A stretch of DNA of 64,000 nucleotides from Octopus sinensis (taxonomy: Eukaryota). How positions within the stretch are numbered: position 1 is the first letter of the stretch; each line of letters begins with the position of its first letter. The stretch is taken from positions 92,938,001 through 93,002,000 of the forward strand of contig NC_043004.1 of assembly GCF_006345805.1 (NCBI RefSeq). The letters run 5' to 3'. Made by a program: the position numbers and the translations under genes. The notes under the pieces were generated by a model. The model searched no databases, was not told the origin of the DNA, and saw nothing but the letters and a program-made list of their open reading frames with translations. This document shows positions 25,462 through 36,854 of the stretch, one piece after another.

Positions 25462-25672
25462 GTTTGTGTGTCCGTGTTTGTCCCCACCAACATCGCTTGA
25501 CAACCGATGGTGGTGTGTTTACGTCCCTGTAACTTAGCAGTTCAGCAAAAGAGACCGATAGAGTAAGCCCTAGGCTTACAAAGAATAAGTCCTGGGGTTG
25601 ATTTGCTCGACTAAAGGTGGTGCTCCAGCATGGCAACAGTCAAATGACTGAAACAAGCAATAGAGTAAAAGA
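24953..25672 (+). mobile_element. CORE-like SINE split by an insertion in its internal (TA)n
   Basis: Head and core at 24953-25110, tail at about 25460-25672, foreign sequence between. Confidence 0.75.
25154..25426. mobile_element. Fold-back element with ~100-bp inverted arms and 67-bp spacer
   Basis: Arms 25154-25256 and 25324-25426 are near-identical reverse complements, bounded by TA runs. Confidence 0.8.
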
Positions 25673-27360
25673 GAGATATATGAATGGGCACATCCATGGC
25701 TGTGTGGTAAGAAATTTGCTTCTCAGCCATATGATCTTGAGTTCAAACCCTTGGTGTGGCACCTTGAGCAGGTGTTTTCTATAGCCCAGGCCAACCAAAG
25801 TTTTGTGTGTAGATTTGTTGGATACTAAAAGAAGCCCATTTATGTATATATGTGTATGTATACACATATGTTTTTGTGTGAGTGTGTGGAAGCACATGGC
25901 TTAGTAGTTAGGGTGTTGCACTAGTGATAATGTGATTATGCTTTTGATTCTTGGACTGGGTTTCTGAGCAAAACACATCATTTCATGTTGCTCCAGTTCA
26001 GTCAACTGTCAAAAGTGAGTAATCCCACAATGGACTAGCATTCTGTTAAGTGGAGAATATACACAACAAAATCTGGGAAACTGCCCTTACGAGCCTATGG
26101 CTCTTGAAGAACCTCTGGTCCTTGATTTGATATAAAGCCGGTGTATTATGTAACACTGTTTGTCAGTGCCACATTAAAAGCACTCAGCTCACCATAAAGT
26201 GGTTGACATTAGGAAGGCCATCCAGCTGCAGAAACCAAACCAAATCAGCCTTGACCTTGTGCAGCTCACCAGCTCAGCTTTCCTCACACTGTCCAACCCA
26301 TGCCAGCATGGAAAACAGACATTAAACGATGATGGTGTGTGTGCATCTGTTTACGTAGTGTAATTGTTGTAAATGAGTGTCACTGTTTTACAAGCAGTGT
26401 CCTTCGTTTCCAATTTTTTATGGAAGCTTTGGGGGGGGGGGGAGTTGGTGACAGGAAGAGCATCCGGTTGTAAAAAATCTTACTCAGCAAACTCTGCTTG
26501 ACTCATCCGAGTATGGAAAAGTGGATGTCAAAAACGATGGTGAAACTGTTTTACATTTATTTCTCTGAAGTGGAAAGGCTGCTCATGTTCCAGCTGTCAG
26601 TCATGTTATTGTTATTTAACCCTAGGTCAACCTTAATTGAGCAGACCTTTAATCAAGGACATTAGTCACAACCATCCCATCTTTTTATGGCTATCTAGGA
26701 CTACGTTATCTAATGTGTTTTCTCTGTATGAAACTAAGAAGTTACATCTTTCTTTACATTGAATAAACATGTTTAGACTTGGTGTGCAAGTGAGGCCCTA
26801 TGCTTGCATCAGCTTCAGATGCCAAGCAGAGATAAGTACTCTGCTGGGTGTGAACACAATGACTGTTGTGATGATGTGGCCGGTAGTATGTGTCAGCTCG
26901 TATGACACATCTATGTGTGTGAGTAACTTGCAGATGTGAAAAGCTTGCTTCCCAACCATGGTGTTTTGGCCTCAGTATCAATGTGCTGCATTGTGAACAA
27001 GTGTCTTTTGTTACCCTAGGCTGAGCAAAGGCTTAAGAGTGGATGTGGTTTAAGGAAACTGAAAGAAGCATGTTGTGTGTATGTATATCTTTTATATATA
27101 TATGAACAAAACATTCAAACAATAAGGTTTGAAATAAGATGTTACTATTGTTAATATCATTTGTGGATAAAATTTAAAATTGATGGTATCAACAGTAGTA
27201 ACATAGGTAGTTCACAGACAAATAGCATTATTAATGCTATAATATACAAATTAGCATGCAGCATAAGGATGAAGAAAAGCATCAACCTGCTAGAAATAAG
27301 AGCTAAATTCTTAATTAAGCCACCGTAAAGCACCAAAATAACAGAAATATCTATATATAT

Positions 27361-28198
27361 ATATGGTTTGATGAATTAGTATCCGGACTGTTGCCATAGT
27401 AATGAAGCTAAAGCATGCAGAGTGAAGCCACTTGGTACAGATTGAACTTGAACTCTGCTGTACCTGCACACTAAGTTTTAACATTCTGGCTCACTTCCGC
27501 CGTTTACAGCAGTGCTTGGAAGGAACATGTGTAGATTATGATCATTGCATTGACCCTGAATCTGCATCAAATTTTGCCAAAAGCTTGGCAATACCAGCTC
27601 AGAGGCCTCTGCAAAGTTGCAGAAGGTGTATGGAGAGGAGTGTATGAGCCAAAAAAGTGTCGATAGAACTGAGAAAAACATCACAAGTGTGTATGTAGCT
27701 GTGAGGGGAAATCATCAATCCACCATCCGTGGGTTATCAGAGGATGTGCAGATTAGTTACTGCTCAGTTCAGTCCATTATCATTGATGAAGATATGGGTA
27801 TGCGACGCAGATCTGCCAAGTTTGTGCCAAAACTGCTTTCAGCTAACAATGCACCTGCCCATTCAGCACGGCTTGTGCAACGGTTTTTGCCTAAGCACAA
27901 CATTCCACAGGTCCGACAGCCACCATATTCCCCCTTGCGACTTTTCCCTCTTTCCAAAAGTCAAATCCCTCTTGAAAGGAAGATTTCAGGAAGTTGAGGA
28001 AATCAAAGTAAATGCAACAAGGCAGCTGCTGATTATCCCAGAAAACGAGTTGCAGGAATGCTTCCACCTTTGGGAGCTGCCGGATTAAGTGTGTGGCTTT
28101 CAAAGGGGAATACTTTGAAAGAGATTAAATGCCAAATTGGTATGTGTTGTAGTTTTGTTTTTATAGCTCCAGTCCAGATACTTATTGATCAGGCCTCG
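27361..28198 (+). mobile_element. Internally deleted mariner transposon (transposase pseudogene)
   Basis: LQKVYGEECMS, AKFVPKLLS, NAPAH, QPPYSP, FPKVKSLLKGRF and GEYFE motifs; degenerate TIRs atatggtttgatgaattagtatccggactg and cagtccagatacttattgatcaggcctcg|TA. Confidence 0.9.
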
Positions 28199-28314
28199 TA
28201 TATATATATATATTATATATATATGTATATGTAAAATATGTTACAATTACTCTGAGTTTCAGATGCCGAAGTGGAAATCCACAACACCATCTCTTCGGTT
28301 TTTTCAGATGGCCA

Positions 28315-28375
28315 GATAACCGAAGAGATGGTGTTGTGGATTTCCACTTCGGCATCTGAAACTCAGAGTTTTATC
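28315..28375 (+). ncRNA. Candidate minimal hammerhead (CCGAAGA core) in the right arm of a palindrome
   Basis: GAUAA-CCGAAGA-GAUG-(22 nt)-CAUC-U-GAA-ACUC-A-GAGU-U-UUAUC; one unexplained U before GAAA. Confidence 0.5.
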
Positions 28376-28769
28376 TTGACTATTGAGTAATTGTAACATA
28401 TTACTTTATAGATAAATTTACATAATATTGAGGTCTCTTTCTTTCTTTCTTTTATCTTACCGTTTTTACCAATATATATATATATATATACATATATCTG
28501 TGTGTGTCCTTGTATCATCATCATACAAGTGATATTTTTCGTTTCCAGTCTTCCATGAAAAAGAAAAAAAAAATTGTCTGGCCATGAGAAATATTATTTA
28601 GTTGAAAACAGGTGAAGGTTTACAACAGGAAAGGCATCCAACCATAGCAAAATTTACCTCAATGAATTCCGTTTGACTCGTACAAGCATGGAAAAGTGTA
28701 TGTTAAATGATAATGATGATATGTATAGTTTTGTTTTTATAGTTCCAGTCTGGATACTTATTGATCATA

Positions 28770-28810
<41 letters not shown>

Positions 28811-29009
28811 GTATTTTTCACATCCCATTTTCCATGTTGGCATGGATTGGATGTTTAGACAGAATCTAATGGGTAAGAGGGCCAAGTTTTGGTCTAATGT
28901 CTGTTTTAGCATGGTTATTATGCCTGAACAGCTTTCTTTACACCAACCACTTTACTGAGTGTGTATATGTATGTATATTTGTATGCGTGTGTGTGTATAT
29001 ATATATATA

Positions 29010-29053
<44 letters not shown>

Positions 29054-29062
29054 CATCATATA

Positions 29063-29470
29063 GGCGTAGGAGTGGCTGTGTGGTAAGTAGCTTGCTTACC
29101 AACCACATGGTTCTGGGTTCAGTCTCACTGCGTGGCACCTTGGGCAAGTGTCTTCTACTATAGCTTCGGGCCGACCAAAGCCTTGTGAGTGGATTTGGTA
29201 GACGGAAACTGAAAGAAGCCTGTCGTATATATGTATATGTATATTTGTGTGTGTGTATATGTTTGTGTGTCCCCCAACATCGCCTGACAACCGATGCTGG
29301 TGTGTTTATGTCCCTGTCACTTAGCGGTTCGGCAAAAGAGACCAATAGAATAAGTACTGGGCTTACAAAGAATAAGTCCCTGGGTCGATTTGCTCGACTA
29401 AAGGCGGTGCTCCAGCATGGCCACAGTCAAATGACTGAAACAAGTAAAAGAGTAAAGAATAAAAAGAGTA
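29063..29470 (+). mobile_element. Full-length CORE-like tRNA SINE
   Basis: Family head to tail. Confidence 0.9.
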
Positions 29471-29819
29471 TATATATGTATATAAAATGTTTATTACTAT
29501 TTAACATTTTTTTTTCCATGCTTGCTTGAGTGTAATGGTTATTTGTGTTGGTTGGTTGCCTTTGTCCTCCAGCTCACCACTCAACCACAAAGGCAAGAAT
29601 GGAATTTACTTTCGCTCAGTCAAGGAAATACTTGCTAGCAGAGTTACGTACCTTGTTCACATAAGATGGGCATATTCCCCAACCAAGATGTGAACCATCT
29701 GGTGTTGTCTTGCTCCTTAAACATACTCTATTATCCCTTGTTTAACAAGCTACGTACCTTAAACACGGTCATGATGACAGCTATGCACACTTACGCAAAT
29801 TCTTTGGGTCTTCATCTTT

Positions 29820-30004
29820 CATTCATACACCACACTCTCTCACTTACTCTCTCTTTCTTGCATATATACATATATACACTCCCTCTTCCCTATCTCATCT
29901 ATACATATTTCCTCTTTTTCTCACTAGCCTCCTCTCAGTTCTCATATATACATAATTCCTCATACACACAGCTGCTTGTATATATGCATATATACACCTG
30001 CTCG

Positions 30005-30040
<36 letters not shown>

Positions 30041-30442
30041 ACTTTCCTATTCAATGTCTCTCTCTCTCTTTTATTCGAACTCTCTCTCCTTTATCTTTAT
30101 ATTTTCGTTTCCTGACACACCTATAAACATTTTGCACGTATGGGCACTTGCACTCTTCCTCTCGTGCACGCTCTATGTGAGTCCCTTATTCACTCTCACC
30201 CCTTGTGCACTCTCTCTCTCTTGCAGATACATGCACTCTCACACACACACACATATGTACCTGCATGCATGTGAGCAGTTTCTCATATATATGCATACTC
30301 TGCTTACATTTTACACTTATAACCTCTCTCTTTCTCTCTCTCTCTCTCTCTCTGATCCTTCAATAACTTCTACATCTAGTCATGACAACAAGCTGCCAGA
30401 CAAACAGTTGTTCTAACATAGATTCTGTCTTTCACACTTTCA

Positions 30443-30527
<85 letters not shown>

Positions 30528-31190
30528 TCATGACACGACAGTTGGCTACCACAAACAGTTTATTCCTCCTCAAGTTTTTCCGCTCTTCCTTTTCCTTATG
30601 TAACCACAGCTTCTACAGCACTTTTATTGAATCTCTTCACTGTCCATATTTGATAACTCACACACAAACACATCACTGGCACTACTGCTTACATCACCAC
30701 CATCACCATTGTCGTTATCACCATCATTGATGCTACCACTTCCATCCCCACTATCATCACCATCATCGTCACCATCATTACTGTTATAGCTATTGTCAGT
30801 TATCATCATCATCTCTTATCGCCACCATCTCTTATCACTGTCATCTTTTATTGCCATCATCTCTTATCATCGCTGACATCACTTATCATCATTGTCATCG
30901 CTTATCATCGCCATCTTCGCTTATTATCACCGGCTTAGCTTATTGCCATCTTTCCTTATCATCACCATCATCGCTTATTGCCATCATTGCTTATCATTGC
31001 TGTCATCACTTATCACTGTAATCATTTCTTGCCATCATTGTCATCACCAGCCTCAACTATCACCACCAGCTATGCAGTCACCACTCTACCTCTGCCCCTC
31101 AACCATCACCACCACCCCTCTCATCATCATCATCATTAACCATCACCACTACCACCACCACCATTTCCATCAACATCATCACTAACCCCA
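29820..31190. repeat. Low-complexity CT/CA-rich tract followed by degenerate (CAT/CAC)n
   Basis: Direct inspection; explains the His/Ile/Leu-Ser-rich ORFs in the track. Confidence 0.85.
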
Positions 31191-31749
31191 TTAGTGAACA
31201 CATGATTTTTGAAAAGGTGGGAAGATGGGCTTCATATGAGTTTCTGTTGGAGGGTGAGGCATTCTTATTCTTTTCCTCTTTCTGTAACTCTGAAAGAGCT
31301 TTCTTAATAGCCTTGAAGATATTATTGCTAGTGGAGTGGGTATAGATGAGTGATTCAACACTCTTACATTCAGGAGTTTCTTATAAAGCCTATTGATTGT
31401 CCCTTTTACTTTTCAAGTCTGTTGACGGTTTCCAGCTGTTGATGGTTTACACTGGTTGGTTTACAGCTGTTGTTCGCAATATCAAATCTTGTGCTGTTCT
31501 GTTCATTGCTCATCTATTGCAGTGTCTATGTGTTAGTTTATTACCATGTGTAGTTAACAAACACTTATTTGTTCATCGCTTATGTTAATTGCTGTACAGC
31601 TGCTGCTTGTTTACTGTTAGTGTCTGTATTACAGTTGTGTTTGGTTCATTCTGCACTGCCAAATGCATTGTCATTAGTGCTTCATTGTGATTAGTTTACA
31701 GCTGTTCACTCTGTTACTTATATTTGGCTTTGTTTGCAGCGACAAACTT

Positions 31750-32160
31750 ACAGCTGACATTGGTTCACCATGTCCAGTCCACAGCTGACATTGTTCACTG
31801 TGTAAAACCTACAGCTGACATTGTTCACCGTGTCCAGCCTGCAGCTGACATTGTTCACCGTGTCCACCCTGCAGCTGACATCGTTCATCGTGTCCAGCCT
31901 ACGGCTGACATTGTTCACCGTGTCCAGCCTACAGCTAACATTGTTCACCGTGTCCAGCCTACAGCTGACATTGTTCATCGTGTCCAGCCTACAGCTGACA
32001 TTGTTCACCGTGTCCAGCCTACAGCTGACATTATTCACCGTGTCCAGCTTATAGTTGACATTGTCCACTGTGTCCCAGTCTACTGCTAATGTTCTCTGTA
32101 TCTAGCATACAACTAATGTTGTTTGCTGTGTCCAGTCTACAGCTGACATCCACTGTATTC
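31750..32160. repeat. 30-bp minisatellite, about 11 good plus a few degenerate units
   Basis: Unit acagctgacattgttcaccgtgtccagcct. Confidence 0.95.
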
Positions 32161-32252
32161 AGCCTGTAGCTAACATTTCCCTACTAGTCTAGTTTATAAC
32201 CACAGAAATATAATCAGTTACTAAATAGTACATATGAGGCATTTAGTAACAG

Positions 32253-32802
32253 TGTGTCACAAGTGCCAACCCCGCCATTTTCGAGGTTAGTGTAGTGACG
32301 TCATATTCCAGTGTGCGCACACGTAACGTCACTCTTCAGTGTGCGTGTGCGGAACGTCACCTTTGTAGTGACGTCATATTCCAATGTGCGCACATGCAAC
32401 GTCATTCTTCAGTGTGCGTGTGCGGAACGTCCTTCTTCAGTGTGCGTGTGCGGAGTTGGAACCTTCTGGAACCTTCTGGAAAGGCATAAGGAAGTTCCCT
32501 CATGCACATGCGCTAGAGACTGAAGAATAAATTCTATAGCGTTCCTCAATAGCGTCGGGGACTTGAGACACGGCGATAGAAGAGAAAGGACGTGTATTTT
32601 CCTGTCCCAGACACTTAGGATTTGACCTGTTCTGTTGCTGCTGAATTGTTGTAAAGCTTACAAACGTTTGAATTCAGCCTTGCGGCGTTGAACTAGGTGG
32701 GTACCAGCATACCATTGTGTTTCATTGTTGAACCAAGAAAATAAAGAATTATATATATTTTTAAACTTGCGTTTCGTTCCTGACTGGTAGTTTCTAGAAA
32801 CA
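32253..32802 (+). mobile_element. Probable solo LTR
   Basis: TGT...ACA termini, imperfect 5-bp TSD aacag/aaaag, AATAAA about 55 nt before the 3' end, internal 73-bp duplication, CpG-rich. Confidence 0.55.
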
Positions 32803-35778
32803 AAAAGAAAGGAAATTGTGTTGCACCCCAAAAGTGTAAAGAAGCAACCAGTTCCCTTTACATTAGTATATCATTTTCTTTGTCTTGATGTCTTGAATCC
32901 AAAAAAGGATGGGAAAACCCAGTGAGGCTTGCAATAAGGTTGAAAATCTGGCAGAAAAATATTGTATCTTGACACTATTGACACGACCTCATCCCAGGTT
33001 TTCCTGGGTCTGCCTCTTCCACAGGTTCCCTCAACCACCACACCCTAGCGGTTGAGGGAACCTGTGGGGTGTGGAGGTTCCACACAAAATGAGAAAGACA
33101 GTCATTGTTTCATTTTTCAGATGCATACCTAAATAAATAATTTTGCATAGGTGGAATGATTAGAGGAGGTCTTCATGGCCATTTTAAAACCAAAACCAGC
33201 CTCCTAACTTCATTCCTTTCCGAGATATTACATTCTGAAAGTCACAAAACTTTGACCGCATTTTTCTTGGTTTTTAAGTTATGGTGCTTATGATGGTCTG
33301 TTACTAAACGCCTCATATGATGCAAGGATACAAGTAAAGGTGATGGTACAGTGAACACAACTGCATTCTGCTTAATGTTTAATTTACTTGATCTGTTCAC
33401 TTACTGCCATCATTTTCACAAAGATAAGATTCTGTTCTATTTATATTTTATGTATTTCTATGTGTATTGTTTCTCAAGGCTCCTTATGAGTCCACTGGTC
33501 AAGGTCCAACTGTTATCATCACGTGGTGGTAGTGATGGCAGTACCTTATCAACTGGACTTTGTTAAAAGTCACACTAGGTGCCTACTACTTATTAGGTTT
33601 AACCTGGTTCCCCAAACTTTTGCTTGGGTGTATTTGTATGTGTGTGTGGGGGGGGGGTATTTTTTATGCATGTTGATGTGTGTTTGTGTGGACATGCTTG
33701 TGCGTATGTAGTTTTAGTCCGTACTGTTGATACTAGTTTGGAAATGTTTATACTTCATGGGTGTGTGTACTTCATGTCCTTGCTTGTTACGATGTCATGT
33801 ATATGCGAATATTTGGAGACATTCATTCATACTCTGTGTGTATATTTTGAGTTGGATTTATTCGTTTGGAAACACATGAATGCTTATTTATTCTTATGTA
33901 TGTGTGTTTGTGTTTAAAAGTGTCTGTTGATAAATAAAACTGTTGATTTTCTAAATAAATAAATAAATTAATATATATATATATATATATATATAGGAGA
34001 GTAGTTTAGTGTAGTGTGTTTGTTTGGAGTAGTGTGTTAAATAAGATATTGTTGAATGACATTAGACATAAGTAGCAATTTAGATCAGATAAAGCGCAAC
34101 AAGCTCACTGTTGTTGTTTTTTATATCTATCAAATAGCTACTTATGATGACTGATATTCTGTGTATTTATGGTACCAAATTGGCTGTGTTGCCAGATTGT
34201 CAAATAGATTACCTTGTAGTATATAATTCGACCTCTCTGCATTCTATGTTCAAATAGCACTGAAGTTAACTTTACCCTCTTTCATCCTTTCTGGATTGAT
34301 AAATAAAATACTAGTCCTTTACTGAAGTCAATTCTCCTCTCTGTGTCTGTTTTTCTGGAAGAAATCAACTGTTCAGACCTGGAGAGGGATGAGCTCCACA
34401 AGATTTCAAATTGCCCAAGATGTGTTGTATATCATTATAACATCTACAGCTCCATCAAGAACTGAGAGTCCAAGATAATTGTGTTCATTTATGCTTTGCC
34501 TGTCCAAAGCATTTTCAAAAGTTTCTTCTGAACGTCCACGCTTCTTTTTGGACTTTCAGTTTCATATGTTGTTTTTAGTTTAGTTTCATACATTGAGTAG
34601 TATAAAACTTTATTTTCATAAGTCCCAAGTTACTCTGGTATTGAAGAAAATTGGGGATGTTCCTCATTTGTGATGCTTGGATGCACAGGAAATATATCCT
34701 ATGTATCATATGTGATTCACAGAACAGGGAAATTGTTAAGGTCTTAGCTGCTAACTTACGAAAACTCTAGCAGGTAAATAAGTACCTGATTTCACTGGGG
34801 ATTGTTGTAGACAGCCCCAAGTCAGCTCTGAGCATGCCTTTAGTTCAAAGGCTTTCTAGCCATGACCAACCTCTCTTTTTATATATATATATTGGATGAT
34901 TACATTGTCTTGTATGTTCCTTTTGTAAAATGTTAAGATGCTTTACTATTGAAGCCTGGTGTCCTATCCGGGTGGATGTGTGTCTCTCATTAGTTTAGTT
35001 CTACAGAAACTGGAACTAAACAATGTCTTGTGTTATTTCATGATTAACCAATGTAAATTCATTTAGATATTTTTTCCTCAGTATCTATTAGATATTTTAT
35101 TGGCCATAGAAAGTTGGGAAGCAAAGTCAATGTGTGTTTTCTGAGTTCAAAATCCACTCTGGTAGCCTTTGCTTCTTGTCTTTCTAAATTTTATAAAATT
35201 AGTAGTAAAGGTCTTTGGTGGGTAGGATTGATATGGTCATTTGTAATCCCCACTTCATAATTTGTGTCCATGTACCTAGGTTCGAAACCAATATTTTTCT
35301 TTTAATTAATTTTTATTTTCAAACGAATTATACACACGCACAAGTAAACACATAAATGCAAACAAGGTGGAAAAAATGGGATATACCAAAGGTAGAATAA
35401 TATGCTTTTTATTAAAGTGGAAAAAGTTTTCATAGACTGTTACTCAGTTTCACATTACCATTCGTCAGACACAGTTATGATCATACTGGTTATATATATA
35501 TTATTAACTACAGAAGTTACTCAAAGCCCAAGAATTATCATGCTAAGTCACTTATCAAACTTTTAAGTTATCTTAACATGTACCAAATTTGGGTAAATGC
35601 TTTGGCATGGAACTTTAGGCCCTTGAATCATTCCTGTAGCAGTTGCCACTTACTATGGATTATATAGATTAGATTCTTTTACATGTTGATTCTTTCTTCT
35701 GTTTACCAAATGTACTTATATACATAACACCTCAATACAATAAAAATTTGTATTTACTATACCAAAGTACTATGTATA

Positions 35779-36854
35779 CCATAAAAACACATGTAATTTG
35801 CGCATCTCTGTAATTTACACAGCTGATTTGCAGGATAAGACTTGTTAAAAAAAATAAAACAGCTTCTACTTTTGTAAAATTTGCACCTAAAAGTTTTCAG
35901 AATCACCGATATAGCTAGGGGAAAAAGGTTTACGACCTAGTTGTATTTAGTATAATTTCACTTTTTCATTAAATAAAATTGTCATTAAATAAAAATAATT
36001 TGATTAACAGATATCACATTGAAAGCTATTAGATTACAAAGTGTTTGTGTTGTTTATAATAAACTTTATTTTACATTTCTTGCCCACAAGGGATTAAGTC
36101 TGATCTTTAGCATACTGCTGTGTCTTCTAAAATCACAATCACAGGAAAGTTGTTGATAAGAATTACCAACAAAAACAAAGCTGATAAATACGCACAGGTG
36201 TTGCACATTAAGTTTAATTACCAATAAACATTTGCTTGGCTGACTCTTTACTCAACCAACAGAGGAAGGTGACCAATCAAACTGATTATGTAAACAGAAT
36301 TCTTTTCCGCCTATTCTTGTCGGAACCTTTGATATGGAGTATCGAAAAATTTTAATCCCTTTCACACTTATAAAATGTCAAGCAAACATAAAAATTTGTC
36401 ATTACCATTATTGTCAGTATGGACAGAACTTATGAATCGTTTGCTGCAAAGGAGAAATTAAATATGTGCTCCATTGTGATAAGTAGAAACTCCAAACAGT
36501 GTAAAATATGGCCTGGACCATGTTTACTAGCATGAACATCAGACTTCAAAAGCTAGTTAACCATTCAATGGTTTTGATAAATTTATACAGAAAAAATAAA
36601 CATTATACTGTCCAGCATATATTAAAGTCAACTTCATTATGCATATTTAAGCCATAATTTTTTCTGTAAAACCCTATTCTGACATTAAATGAGTCAACTT
36701 CCGGTACAAATGTTTACATTTTGTACAAATTTTTTCAACAACAAAAATTTCGTAACAAATTCTGAAAACACTCTACTTGTATAATTTATGCACCCACTAA
36801 AGTTTATTTTTATTTTTGTAAAAAAATATGCGTAAATTACATGGGTTTTTATGG
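35779..36854. mobile_element. Non-autonomous pogo/Tigger-like Tc1/mariner element
   Basis: TA TSD; TIR ccataaaaacacatgtaatttgcgcat versus atgcgtaaattacatgggtttttatgg (2 mismatches); internal RTYESFAAKEKLNM resembles a pogo HTH start. Confidence 0.8.

Noticed and set aside
29790-29818. Minus-strand start exon MKDEDPKNL|gtaagt
   Set aside because: It lies at the edge of a low-complexity repeat with no supporting downstream exons identified.
34390-34545. Minus-strand open stretch KSKKKRGRSEETFENALDRQ
   Set aside because: No acceptor pyrimidine tract; resembles a decayed RTE C-terminus.
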